DNA of 64,000 bases from Acidobacteriota bacterium (lineage in GTDB: Bacteria; Acidobacteriota; UBA890; WLXD01): contig CAXWPL010000005.1 of the NCBI GenBank assembly GCA_963666215.2, positions 256,001 to 320,000 of the forward strand, read 5' to 3'. This document shows, piece by piece, positions 20,868-31,970 of the stretch; the first letter of the stretch is position 1; each line of letters opens with the position of its first letter. Below the pieces are notes generated by a model that saw nothing but the letters and a program-made list of their open reading frames with translations, had not been told where the DNA came from and did no database searches. The translations under genes were made by a program, and so were the position numbers.

Positions 20868-20975
20868 CTAGGTGTGAGTTCCAAGGAGGTTGTTCACGAG
20901 CTCATTCCTGGTGCCCCCGGCTCGCCTCCGCGCGTCTGAAACGCCCCCGAGTACCCACTTGGAGAACACAACTAG
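20868..20975. mobile_element. MITE-like element or IS scar flanked by CTAG
   Basis: CTAG at 20868-20871 and 20972-20975; imperfect terminal inverted repeats (13/19 matches, shared TGTG...TCCAAG core); sits between convergent genes. Confidence 0.5.
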
Positions 20976-20987
20976 GCGGATCGCGGC

Positions 20988-21662
20988 CTAATCGTCCAAG
21001 ACCGCTCGGCAAACCCGTTCCGCAACCTCGTCGGGCGAGTTGTTCGCGTCGACAACAGCGTCGGCCAGCCCGTACACCGACTGGCGTTGCTCGTAGAGCT
21101 CTCGCGCCTTGACGTCGCTCGACCACAGCGGCCTCACGGCCTGTACAACGAGGCCTCCACGGCCCTGCCGAGCCGTCTCGCGGTCAGTCACGCGCGTCCG
21201 CAGCGTCTCGAAGCTACAGCGCAGCCACACAGTGACCGCCGCGCGGCCGCTGATCTCTCGATTGTCGGGATCGATGGGCGTGCCGCCGCCCAGCGCCAGG
21301 ACAGTACGTGGCTTCTGCACCGCTTGCCGCAGGGCGTGTTGCTCCCAACGTCGAAACTCAGCCTCGCGGAATAGTTTCTCTTCCTCGGCGTCACTGCCGC
21401 TTGAATCGGCACGTCCGCCCTCGTTCGCGGCTGCCGCGAAGATCTCGGCCACCGATCGACCCGCCGCGCGCTCGACGAGCGTGTCGAGATCGAGGAAATT
21501 CCAGAGCAACCGGCGCGCCACGAGCTTGCCTACCGTGCTCTTGCCGCTACCCATGAAGCCCAGCAAATGAAGCTGCAGCTTGCCGTCGCGAAGCCGATCG
21601 ACTGGCGTCAGCAAATCTGGCGGCGATAGCGAATCTGCGATCGGCTCAGAGTCCTCAGTCAC
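20988..21662 (-). CDS. aroK: Shikimate kinase
   Basis: GFMGSGKSTVG P-loop, DLD, FRRWE, ALGGGT, VRPLW. Confidence 0.93.
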   Translation of the reverse strand: MTEDSEPIADSLSPPDLLTPVDRLRDGKLQLHLLGFMGSGKSTVGKLVARRLLWNFLDLDTLVERAAGRSVAEIFAAAANEGGRADSSGSDAEEEKLFREAEFRRWEQHALRQAVQKPRTVLALGGGTPIDPDNREISGRAAVTVWLRCSFETLRTRVTDRETARQGRGGLVVQAVRPLWSSDVKARELYEQRQSVYGLADAVVDANNSPDEVAERVCRAVLDD

Positions 21663-23053
21663 GCCGCGAAGCCCTCCCAGTCGGGGCGGAATTCCGGATA
21701 GGAAACAGCGATGGCCTCTGCGCCTCGAATCAAGACGGCGCCCTGAGCGACCACCGACACCGCCGCCGATGCAAGGGCGATACGGTGATCCCCCGCCGCA
21801 TCAACCACGCCGCCGGCGAGACCCTGCCCGCCAGCAACCGACAGCCCGTCCGGATACTCGTCGACCGAGGCCCCCAGGGCGCGGAGCGCGGCGGCCGTGG
21901 AAGCGATGCGGTCGGACTCCTTGTGCCGTAACTCGGCGGCCCCGCGGATCTCGACTCCCAGTTCGGTGCTTGGCCCCAGCATCGCCAACAGTGGCAGCTC
22001 GTCGATCAAGCCCGGAACCGCGTCGGCTTCAATGCGACCGCCGCGCAGACGTCCGCTGGACCGCACTCGAAGATCACCGACCGGCTCACCGTGCCAATCA
22101 TCGACGGGATCGATCCGAATGTCGGCGCCCCATGAAATCAACAACTCGAGGAACGCGATGCGACGCGGGTTCAACCCGACGCCCGCCATCGTCAGTACAG
22201 ACGGCCCTCCCGCGCCGCGAGCAACCGCTTCGGATTGCCCGCTCAGCGTCGCGGCCGCCAGCCAATAGGCGGCAGACGAAGCGTCACCGGGGACCCGACG
22301 CTCGCTCACGAGCGGGCTCAGCAAGCGGCTGGCGTCTGGATGCACCGACACCGTGAATTCGTCATGGCACTCCACTTTGGCCCCCATGGCCGCGAGCATT
22401 CTCTCGGTGTGATCACGCGTCGCCAGAGATTCGACAACCTGTGTGCGACCGTCGGCGTACAGCCCTGCAAGTAGAACGCACGATTTGATCTGCGCCGACG
22501 CCACCGGTGGCCGGTACACCACGCCACGCAACGGCGCGTCAGCCAACCGCCCTGGCTCTTTGCAAAGAATACGCAGCGGCGGGCGGCCGTCCGGGGATGT
22601 TTCCACCCGAGCGCCCATGGCGCGCAACGGCTCGGCGACCCGGCTCATCGGTCGCCGGCTGAGCGACCGGTCTCCGACCAGCTCGCTCGCGAAGGTCTGA
22701 CCGGCCAGCACGCCCGCGAGCAGACGCATGGTCGTCCCACTGTTGCCGCAATCGAGGCGCTGCCGGGGCGCGGCCAGGCCGCGCAAGCCGCTCCCGATCA
22801 CCGTGGTCACGCTATCGCGATGGCGGCCGTTGTCGACGGAGGGGCCGGACGGGAGCGCCTCATCGACCTCGACCCCTAGCGCCTGTACGACGCGCACCGT
22901 CGAAGCAACATCCTCACCCCGTGGCAGACCCACCAACCGGCTCGTGCCGTCTGCCAGTGCAGCCAACAAAACAGCACGATGGCCGATCGACTTGTCGCCA
23001 GGAACGTCGACCCGGCCTCCAAACGCGGCGAGCCGCGGGACCTCCCAGTCCAT
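21659..23053 (-). CDS. aroA: 3-phosphoshikimate 1-carboxyvinyltransferase
   Basis: VPGDKSIGHRA, DCGNSGTTMRL, ASAQIKS, RDHTERML, LRHKESDRI, GDHRIA. Start trimmed to the ATG at 23053. Confidence 0.96.
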   Translation of the reverse strand: MDWEVPRLAAFGGRVDVPGDKSIGHRAVLLAALADGTSRLVGLPRGEDVASTVRVVQALGVEVDEALPSGPSVDNGRHRDSVTTVIGSGLRGLAAPRQRLDCGNSGTTMRLLAGVLAGQTFASELVGDRSLSRRPMSRVAEPLRAMGARVETSPDGRPPLRILCKEPGRLADAPLRGVVYRPPVASAQIKSCVLLAGLYADGRTQVVESLATRDHTERMLAAMGAKVECHDEFTVSVHPDASRLLSPLVSERRVPGDASSAAYWLAAATLSGQSEAVARGAGGPSVLTMAGVGLNPRRIAFLELLISWGADIRIDPVDDWHGEPVGDLRVRSSGRLRGGRIEADAVPGLIDELPLLAMLGPSTELGVEIRGAAELRHKESDRIASTAAALRALGASVDEYPDGLSVAGGQGLAGGVVDAAGDHRIALASAAVSVVAQGAVLIRGAEAIAVSYPEFRPDWEGFAA

Positions 23054-23063
23054 ACGCCGCCTG

Positions 23064-24599
23064 CTAAGCAGGCTCCCCCTGCGGCCGCCAAACGGCCAGC
23101 GCCACCGCCGCCAATGCGGCGACCGCCGCACTCACAGCGAGCCACGGCTCAACGGCCGCCACGAAGCTGGCGACGCCGGGGAAGTGCTCGGCCGGAAACT
23201 CGGCCAGGATACCGAGCGCCAGGACCTGTGCGATGACCAGGGGCGCGAGGTAGCGCAGCATGTTGAGCCACACGCCGCACCAGGCGAATCCCGGGCACCC
23301 ATCGGTGACCTCCGCGCGCGCCAGTCGCTGCTCCCAAACCCATCCCACGAACAACGCCACGAACAGCCCGCCGATCGGCAGCATGTAGTCGGAAACGACA
23401 TGGCTGATGAGATCGAACCAGTTCAGATTGAGGATGCCGATGTTGCCGAGCGCCCCTTGTCCCGCCGCGCCGCCAAGGAGGCCAGCGATCGACATCCCCG
23501 CCATCGGACCGGTAGCCAACGCCGAGGGCAACCCGAGCACGAAGATCATCCCGCCCAGCACCCACGCCGCCTTGGGCCGACTCCAATCACGCTCGTCAAT
23601 GAAGTAGGCCGCAACAACCTCGAGCATCGAGATGCTCGAGGTGATAGCCGCCATGAAGACGAGCAGAAAAAACAAGGTGGCGAACACGGTACCGCCGGCC
23701 AACTGGCTGAACACCACGGGTAGTGTGACGAAGATCAGCCCAGGCCCTTGGCCCGGCTCCATACCCAGGGCAAACAACGCCGGAAAAATTGCGAAACCCG
23801 CGGCAATCGCGATCCCCGTGTCGATTGCTGCCACGTCGAGGCTCGAACGCGGCAGATTGGCATCGCGCCCCAGATAGGACCCGTAGGTGATCATCGCGCC
23901 CATACCGAGGCTGAGCGTGAAGAAAGCGTGCCCCATGGCGGTCAGCAGAACCGACGGTGACAGCTTCGTCAGATCCGGCCACAGCAGAAAGCGGACGCCT
24001 TCACCCGCGCCAGGTAGCAGCAAGCCGCGTACGATCAAGATCACCAGAATCGCCAGCAAGAGCGGCATGAGCACCTTGCTGACCTTCTCGATGCCGCCGC
24101 GAATCCCACGAGCGACGATGGCGATCGTCACCAGCATGAACAGCGCGTGCAGCATGGTGCCCGCGCCACCACTGGTGGTCAGCCCATTGAAGTAAACGCC
24201 CGCGGCTTCGGGGCTCGAGAGCGCGCTCACATTCCCCAGAACGCTCTGCGCCAGATAGTAGATCACCCAGCCGCCAACCACGCTGTAGAACGACAGGATC
24301 ATGAATCCGGCCACCACGCCCAGCGCTCCCACGTGCTTCCAGAAGGTCCCGGGGCGCAACGCCTCGAAGGCACCCACAGGGTTACGCTTCGTGTGGCGGC
24401 CTATGGCGAGCTCCGCCAGGAAGACGGGCACACCAATAGCGGCAATGCACAGCAGGTAGACGGCGATGAAGGCACCACCACCGTTCTCTCCCATGATGTA
24501 GGTGAAGCGCCAGATGTTGCCCAGCCCCACCGCCGAGCCCGCCGCCGCCAGCAGGAACCCCGCCTTCGAGCCCCAGCTCTCGCGCACTGTGTCGGACAT
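23064..24599 (-). CDS. NSS (SNF) family sodium-dependent transporter
   Basis: RESWGS..GFLLAAAGSAVGLGNIWRF, GGGAF, FFTLSLGMG, GPGLIF. Confidence 0.95.
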   Translation of the reverse strand: MSDTVRESWGSKAGFLLAAAGSAVGLGNIWRFTYIMGENGGGAFIAVYLLCIAAIGVPVFLAELAIGRHTKRNPVGAFEALRPGTFWKHVGALGVVAGFMILSFYSVVGGWVIYYLAQSVLGNVSALSSPEAAGVYFNGLTTSGGAGTMLHALFMLVTIAIVARGIRGGIEKVSKVLMPLLLAILVILIVRGLLLPGAGEGVRFLLWPDLTKLSPSVLLTAMGHAFFTLSLGMGAMITYGSYLGRDANLPRSSLDVAAIDTGIAIAAGFAIFPALFALGMEPGQGPGLIFVTLPVVFSQLAGGTVFATLFFLLVFMAAITSSISMLEVVAAYFIDERDWSRPKAAWVLGGMIFVLGLPSALATGPMAGMSIAGLLGGAAGQGALGNIGILNLNWFDLISHVVSDYMLPIGGLFVALFVGWVWEQRLARAEVTDGCPGFAWCGVWLNMLRYLAPLVIAQVLALGILAEFPAEHFPGVASFVAAVEPWLAVSAAVAALAAVALAVWRPQGEPA

Positions 24600-24687
24600 C
24601 GTCTACTCCAGGGTCATGCGTCTAGCGGGTCTGATAGCGGCTCCGACGGCCAGTTGCCGCCCGGGCCGGATGACTCGACGGAGGTCG

Positions 24688-24816
24688 TCACTCCTGGTCG
24701 CGATCGGCCGATCTCCGATGAGCGTCCGCTCTCATCGAGAGCCACAACAGCCAGGCGAAACCGCCCCAAACGGAGCCGAGAATCAGCACCATCATCACGA
24801 TCGTTCCGGTTTGCAT
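24688..24816 (-). CDS. MetS-like NSS transporter small subunit (42 aa)
   Basis: Hand-translated MQTGTIVMMVLILGSVWGGFAWLLWLSMRADAHRRSADRDQE; single TM helix with WGG; GGAG upstream; directly after an NSS gene. Confidence 0.8.
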   Translation of the reverse strand: MQTGTIVMMVLILGSVWGGFAWLLWLSMRADAHRRSADRDQE

Positions 24817-24837
24817 GCTACTCGCTCCGCTGCGGCT

Positions 24838-26340
24838 CTACTGGGGACCCAGGGTGGCGTCGGCGATACGGCCGTTCAGCAGCTTGAACAGACCGATTGC
24901 CAGACCCCACTGGAAGAGGCAGGTGCCCAGCGTGAACACCGCGATCGGATTCCACCAGTCCTCGCCGCCCTGGGTCGCTTGGGACATCCACCAAACGATC
25001 ATCACGGCGAACTCGATTGGAATCAACCAGTTGACAGCGAAGTCGAACCAGCGCCCCACGGGCAGATCGTTGTCGGCCGTCTCGATGAGCTCCCGCCGGA
25101 AGCGCGCGGTACCGAACTTACGCACCGCCACGGCGAAGAAGAAGCCCGACACCATGAGGCCAACACCCCACACCGAATCCTGATTGTTGAAGAAGTCGAG
25201 GCTCAAGGCCGACGGGATCCCGAGAAGGAACCCGCCGCCACACACAAAAAACAGCGCCTTGCTCCGTGGTAGCCCGGCATCGATGAAGATGCGTGTCGAC
25301 ATTTCGATCATGGCAATCAGCGACGAGATCGCCGCCGCCACGAGCGCAACGAAGAACAGCACCAGGAAGACCGGCCCCCCCGGCATCTGGCGGAAGAGCT
25401 CGGGTACCCAGTAGAAGCTCAGTGCGGTGTTACCCGGGCCGGCGGTGGTCAGAATTTCCTCGATCTGCCCCGCCTGCTCGGGCGGAACCAATGCAAAGAC
25501 CGCGGCAATAACCATGATCCCGGCGAGGAGCGACGCCGAGTTGTTACCGAAGCCGATCGTCATCGAGTTCATGACGATGTCGTCGCGCTTGCGGGTGTAG
25601 ATCGAGTAGGTGAGCAGAAGGCCATAGCCGGCGCCGGTCGACCAGGCCGACTGTGTCAGGCCTTCGAGCCAGATCCGGTAGTCGAGCAGCTGTGAGAGAT
25701 CCGGGTTGAACAGAAAATCGAGCCCGGCGGCGGCGCCCGGCAGTGTTACGGCGCGCACGGTGCCGAGCATCAGGATCGCGAAAAGCAGGGGAATGAGCAG
25801 CTTGTTGGCGCGCTCGATGCCACCAACGACACCTCTGTAGACGATCGCTCCGGCCCCCGCAATCGCCACGAGATGGAAGAAAACCGGCTCCCAACCGCTC
25901 GCCTGGAACGACTCCCAGTAGTCGCGCCCTCCGGTCGTCGCGAGATTGCCGTTCATGGCACCCAGCAGATACTTGACGCACCAGCCCGCGACGACGGAAT
26001 AGTAGAACATGATCGCCATGCTGCAGAAGCCGACGAAACACCCCATCCAGGCGTAGTTACGGCCCATGATGTGGCCGAAAGCGCCCACCGTTCCCTTACG
26101 GGCGTGGCGCCCCATCGCCGATTCGATCATCAGCAGCGGAATCGACCACAGCAGCAGAAAGACGAACCAGGGAATCAGGAAGGCGCCGCCGCCGTTCTGA
26201 GCCGCGATGCGCGGGAAGCGCCAGATGTTGCCGGTGCCCACGGCCATGCCGATGGCGGCCAGCAGGAGGCCCCAGCGCGAGCTGAAGAGCTCGGCGGCCT
26301 TCGGAATCTTGGTGATCTGGGCTGAAGCGCTCGACGTCAT
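24838..26340 (-). CDS. NSS (SNF) family sodium-dependent transporter
   Basis: FSSRWGLLLAAIGMAVGTGNIWRFP, NGGGAF, WSTGAGYG; multiple TM helices. Confidence 0.95.
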   Translation of the reverse strand: MTSSASAQITKIPKAAELFSSRWGLLLAAIGMAVGTGNIWRFPRIAAQNGGGAFLIPWFVFLLLWSIPLLMIESAMGRHARKGTVGAFGHIMGRNYAWMGCFVGFCSMAIMFYYSVVAGWCVKYLLGAMNGNLATTGGRDYWESFQASGWEPVFFHLVAIAGAGAIVYRGVVGGIERANKLLIPLLFAILMLGTVRAVTLPGAAAGLDFLFNPDLSQLLDYRIWLEGLTQSAWSTGAGYGLLLTYSIYTRKRDDIVMNSMTIGFGNNSASLLAGIMVIAAVFALVPPEQAGQIEEILTTAGPGNTALSFYWVPELFRQMPGGPVFLVLFFVALVAAAISSLIAMIEMSTRIFIDAGLPRSKALFFVCGGGFLLGIPSALSLDFFNNQDSVWGVGLMVSGFFFAVAVRKFGTARFRRELIETADNDLPVGRWFDFAVNWLIPIEFAVMIVWWMSQATQGGEDWWNPIAVFTLGTCLFQWGLAIGLFKLLNGRIADATLGPQ

Positions 26341-26438
26341 CGGGCGCGAAGGTTACGCAGACATGCCAGCAGCGTCAATCTGCGGACCTCGCTCCACACC
26401 GCCCACGCGAGGATGACGGACTGTCGGTTGCCATCGGC

Positions 26439-27818
<1,380 letters not shown>

Positions 27819-27907
27819 CGTGGGTTCCTACTGTGCGGTTCGAGGGATTCCTGCGCTTCGAATCTCGCGACCCACCGCAGCGACGCGGTCGAGACGCGCG
27901 GGCAGCG

Positions 27908-28375
27908 TCAGGTGGATAGGCGAATCGCCATGAGCTCCTGGCCGTACTCGACTGGCTCGGAATTCTCCTGATAGATCGCAACGACCTCACCCGCCACGTC
28001 GGCGGTGATCTCATTCATCAACTTCATGGCCTCGACGATGCACAACGTCTGACCTTCCACGACGGTGTCGCCCACCTGAACGAAGTTGTCGGCCTTCGGC
28101 TCAGGCGCCGCGAAGAACGTTCCCACCATCGGCGAGCGCACCACATGCTCGTTGTCGGAGCTCGATACTCCCTCTGCGCCGGCGGCGCCGCCGCCGGCAG
28201 CAAGGGCGCCAGCTGCGGGGGCTGCTACCCGCGGCATCGTCACCGTCGCGGCGGGCTGTGCCCACGCGCCCGGCCGCCGGATGCGCACCTGCACGCCGTG
28301 TTGCTCGAGCTCCAGCTCGGCAACATCCTTCTCGATCATCAGATCGATGAGCTCTCTCAGCCGCTCAAGTTCCAT
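27908..28375 (-). CDS. accB: Biotin carboxyl carrier protein
   Basis: SPMVGTF and the EAMKLMNE biotinylation motif. Confidence 0.97.
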   Translation of the reverse strand: MELERLRELIDLMIEKDVAELELEQHGVQVRIRRPGAWAQPAATVTMPRVAAPAAGALAAGGGAAGAEGVSSSDNEHVVRSPMVGTFFAAPEPKADNFVQVGDTVVEGQTLCIVEAMKLMNEITADVAGEVVAIYQENSEPVEYGQELMAIRLST

Positions 28376-28516
28376 CGCAACGATCCCCGGTCAGTTCGGC
28401 CAGCCGATCCAGCTCTGCGGCTCGACCATCGAGCCCGACGGGCTCCAGTGGCCAAGATCCGGTGGTCCGGACGCCAGAGAATACCATCGGCGTGTTGGGC
28501 TGGCGCCGCCGAACCG

Positions 28517-29653
28517 CTACGGCGCAAACGGCCCCACCGGCAGACGATTGAGCGAGCGTGCTCCAGCTTCCTCGACGACGACCGTGTTCTCGATGCGGAT
28601 ACCCCAGCGGCCGGGATGGTAAACGCCCGGTTCCACAGTAAACACCATTCCTTCCCGCAATCGATCGTCGCTGCGTGCCGTCAACCTCGGCGGCTCGTGG
28701 ATCTCGAGCCCAACGCCATGGCCCAACCCGTGGACGAACGCCTCGGCCAGCCCTTCCTCTCGAAGCCGCGCGCGCGCCACCTCGTCGACATCGGCGGCAA
28801 GAACGTCGTCGGCGATCGCACCCATCGCGGCTTCCTGAGCGGCCGCCACCGCACTGTGCGCGGCAAGCCAGTCCGCCTCCGGCTCCGATCCGACCCAGCC
28901 GACGCGCGTCATGTCGGAGCAGTAGCCATTGAGCACGCAGCCGAAATCGATCAGTACCGACTCCGCAGCGGCGCCACCGATTAGGCGTGACGTCGGTCGG
29001 GCGTGCGGCAGCGCCGTGCGCTCGCCGCAGGCAACGATCGTCTCGAACGCCATGCGTTCCGCGCCCCGCCGGCGGCAGGCCAGATCCAGCAGGCCCGCCG
29101 CTTCGAGCTCGGTCCGGCCCACCAGGCCGCCGTCCACAACCTCCTGGAAGGCCTCTTCGGTAAGCGCCACCGCCGCCGCGAGGTACTCGTGCTCGACGGC
29201 ACTCTTCGTCGAACGCGCCGCTGCTACCGGCGCCTCCAGCGGAACCCACTGCACGGCCGATATGTCGCGTCGCAACGCGCGGAAAGTCGACACGCTGAGG
29301 TCGGACGCGTCGAAACCCACCACCACCTCACGCCGTTCGAGAAGTCGTCGCAACGAGGCCGAGAGACCGCCCTCGCCGACGACGATCTCGCAGTCGCCCG
29401 TCTCACGCGCTGCCTGCTCTCGATAGCGCGCGTCGGTCAGTAGCCGCGGCGGGCCCATCTCGCGGTCGAGCAATAGCCAGGCTGAGCTGCCCGTGAAGCC
29501 CGATAGGTAGCGTACGTCCGCGCCTCGGCTAATGAGGACCGCCGATAGACAGTCGCCGGTCGATGACGAACAGGCGGCCGCCGCGGCGTCTGCCACGGCG
29601 GCCCACCGTTGCGCGCGCTTGGAGGAGCGCTCACCGGTTGTGGAATTGCTCAC
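28517..29653 (-). CDS. Xaa-Pro peptidase, M24 family
   Basis: YLSGFTGS, DFG...GYCSDMTR, HGLGHGVGLEIHE, TVEPGVY, GIRIE. Confidence 0.93.
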   Translation of the reverse strand: MSNSTTGERSSKRAQRWAAVADAAAAACSSSTGDCLSAVLISRGADVRYLSGFTGSSAWLLLDREMGPPRLLTDARYREQAARETGDCEIVVGEGGLSASLRRLLERREVVVGFDASDLSVSTFRALRRDISAVQWVPLEAPVAAARSTKSAVEHEYLAAAVALTEEAFQEVVDGGLVGRTELEAAGLLDLACRRRGAERMAFETIVACGERTALPHARPTSRLIGGAAAESVLIDFGCVLNGYCSDMTRVGWVGSEPEADWLAAHSAVAAAQEAAMGAIADDVLAADVDEVARARLREEGLAEAFVHGLGHGVGLEIHEPPRLTARSDDRLREGMVFTVEPGVYHPGRWGIRIENTVVVEEAGARSLNRLPVGPFAP

Positions 29654-29688
29654 GCTGGCCGCGCTACCGAGCGGCGATCATGTCTTCT

Positions 29689-30228
29689 CTATTCGCCATT
29701 GATGATGATTTCGTTCGACCGAGCGGTAACGTCGCCGCTGACGAAGTCGAGCAGTTCCGCGATGACGATCACCGTGCCCGGGAGCACCATCGTCACCTGA
29801 TTCACGGACACTCCTCCGGTGTCAGTGAATGCCGCGCTCTCGTTGGCAAGGTATGCACTCGCCGAGGTGTCGCTGACGATGGTGAAGCGCACCGGCACCC
29901 CGGTGATCACGCTGCCCGAACGTCGGTCGCTGACAGAAGCGTGAATCGAAGTCTGAACAGGGAGCGTGCCCGTAAGTGTCGTGTCCTCGGTAGACGCCCC
30001 ACCGATCCGCAGAGTGATGACCGTGGCCGACGAGACCTCAGTCGTTGTCGCGATCACCTGGTTGGACGTTGCCTGGTAGCGCCAGCCGCCGCCGATGAGC
30101 AAGATCACCCCCACAAACGCGGCGGCAATCCACAGCTGGTTGCCGACGAGTTGCATCGACGGCATCCCGAAACCGGAGCCACTCTGCTCCTTTTCACCTT
30201 CATAGCCCAGCAGGTTGATGCGAATCAT
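29689..30228 (-). CDS. PilN-like N-terminus fused to an unrelated Thr/Ser-rich Ig-like C-terminus
   Basis: MIRINLL plus a TM helix directly after pilM. The remainder (GVPVRFTI, FTDTGG) resembles a Big_1-like domain, not the PilN coiled coil and ferredoxin-like domain. Confidence 0.65.
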   Translation of the reverse strand: MIRINLLGYEGEKEQSGSGFGMPSMQLVGNQLWIAAAFVGVILLIGGGWRYQATSNQVIATTTEVSSATVITLRIGGASTEDTTLTGTLPVQTSIHASVSDRRSGSVITGVPVRFTIVSDTSASAYLANESAAFTDTGGVSVNQVTMVLPGTVIVIAELLDFVSGDVTARSNEIIINGE

Positions 30229-30235
30229 CGGATCG

Positions 30236-31378
30236 TCACTCGATGACTCCGCGGAGAGCCAGGCCAAGGGCCACGGTGGCCTGTGGTCCGTTCTCCCAGA
30301 CGTACTCTGGGTCGAACCCACTCTCCGGGATGCTGACGCGCCGCAGCGGATCGAATCGCTCCACCGGCCAGCCGAGCTGTTCCTCCAGGCGACTGCTCAA
30401 GTCGGCCACATGCGCTCCCCCACCCGCCAAGAACACGGCGTCGAAGTGCTCCTTGGCGGACTGAGCCTGGTAGAAGTCGAAGGTCTTGCGGATCTCGTTG
30501 ATGATTCGGTCCGAGACCTCGGCGATGCAGTTGCGGACGCGGGGATCGTCGGCAGCGTCACCCAAGCTCGCGCCTTCCTCCCCCTCCTCACTCCAATCCG
30601 CCAACGTCGAGCTGTCGAGCGGAGCTGCCGGGCTTGATCCACTGTCACCGATTCGTCGCAAGACCTCTTCAGCGTCCGTCTCATCGAGCATGAACTGCCC
30701 GCCCAGCTCGCTCACGTACTGCCGCACGCCCACCGCGATATCGCGCCAGAACACCGGGCGACCACCCTCGAGCACCGCCATGTTGATGATGGAGGCTCCC
30801 AGGTTGAGCAGCACAACATCCTCGAACTGCCGCTCTGGGTAGTTGAACTCGAACGCGTTCTGCATTGCGAAGGCGTCGATATCCATCACCTTCGCTTCGC
30901 GCTTGGCGTGTTCGATAACACCGACGTGCTCATCGATTCGGTCGCGCTTCGCAGCAACCAGGACAACGTCCATGGTCTCGTTGTCCTCGTCGTCATCGAG
31001 AATCGCGAAGTCGAGGTCGACCTCGTCGATGGCAAACGGGATATGGGAGTCGGCCTCGTACGGGAGCGTGTCGCGCAGCTCCTGAGACGACATCCGAGGC
31101 ACGTCGACGCGGCGGACGATGACCGCGTTGCCGGAAATCGAGGCCGCGACCTGCTTGCTCTTGACCTTGTGCTGGTCGAGCAGCTCGGCGACGACCTGAG
31201 ACACAGCGTCGGGCTGGACGATGGCGCCGTCGACGATAGCTTCGTCGGGCAGCTCCGCGAGCCCGAAATTCGTCAGCTCGAACGGAAGGTCACCCTTGCA
31301 GGCTCGCAGGGAGACCAGCTTGACTGAATGAGACCCGATATCGAGTCCCACTTGTGATCGGGTCCGTGACAGGAACAT
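30236..31378 (-). CDS. pilM: Type IV pilus assembly protein PilM
   Basis: VGLDIGSHSVK, HIPF.IDEV.LDF, V.LVAAK, LAGGGA, VALGLALRG. Confidence 0.93.
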   Translation of the reverse strand: MFLSRTRSQVGLDIGSHSVKLVSLRACKGDLPFELTNFGLAELPDEAIVDGAIVQPDAVSQVVAELLDQHKVKSKQVAASISGNAVIVRRVDVPRMSSQELRDTLPYEADSHIPFAIDEVDLDFAILDDDEDNETMDVVLVAAKRDRIDEHVGVIEHAKREAKVMDIDAFAMQNAFEFNYPERQFEDVVLLNLGASIINMAVLEGGRPVFWRDIAVGVRQYVSELGGQFMLDETDAEEVLRRIGDSGSSPAAPLDSSTLADWSEEGEEGASLGDAADDPRVRNCIAEVSDRIINEIRKTFDFYQAQSAKEHFDAVFLAGGGAHVADLSSRLEEQLGWPVERFDPLRRVSIPESGFDPEYVWENGPQATVALGLALRGVIE

Positions 31379-31544
31379 AAGGGCCACCACCAAGCGGCGG
31401 ACCCGGCTTGCTTTTCGCCCGTTCCTATTATTGAGGGCAAGGGGCGGCGGCTGTCAAGCTCCGGTGGTGCGTTTCGCTGACTTTTTCTGCGAGTTGACGC
31501 GCGCCCATGTCACTCCGCAGGCGTCGTCGACCTGGTCGTAGGTG

Positions 31545-31574
31545 TTCACAAGGCCGTGTGCGCCCTGCTAGAAT
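31545..31574 (+). promoter_or_regulatory. Putative sigma-70 promoter of rpmB
   Basis: TTCACA-N18-TAGAAT with an extended -10 element (TGCTAGAAT). Confidence 0.45.
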
Positions 31575-31661
31575 GGCTCTCTCTCGCGGCCGCGCGCTCT
31601 GCGCGGCACCATCAGGCGCTCGCGGGCGCTGATCGATCTTCGCGCTCGAACGGGGTTTCGA

Positions 31662-31856
31662 ATGGCCAATCGTTGTGATTTCTGCGGCAAGGGGCCTCGC
31701 GCCGGCAACAACGTCTCGCACGCCAACAACCGCACGAAGCGCCGCTTCGAACCGAACATCCAGAAGGTTCGCGCGATCGTGAACGGGGCTCGGAAGCGCG
31801 TCCGGGTCTGCACCTCCTGCCTCAAGACGGGTCGCGTGCAGAAAGCGGTCTCCTAG
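31662..31856 (+). CDS. rpmB: 50S ribosomal protein L28 (Cys-containing form)
   Basis: [27 protein letters not shown]...CTSC. Confidence 0.97.
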   Translation: MANRCDFCGKGPRAGNNVSHANNRTKRRFEPNIQKVRAIVNGARKRVRVCTSCLKTGRVQKAVS

Positions 31857-31970
31857 CCGCCCGATCTTGGCTGCCTGGTGGGACCGCCCGCTGGCGCCCA
31901 GGACGTCGCCGACGGACTCACTGCTGCCGCTTGGGGCGTAGCGTAGGTTGTTGATCGGGCCATCTATGAC

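Noticed and set aside
28376-28516. Possible efp remnant or RNA element between the peptidase and accB
   Set aside because: No recognisable EF-P sequence or RNA structure; probably a promoter region.
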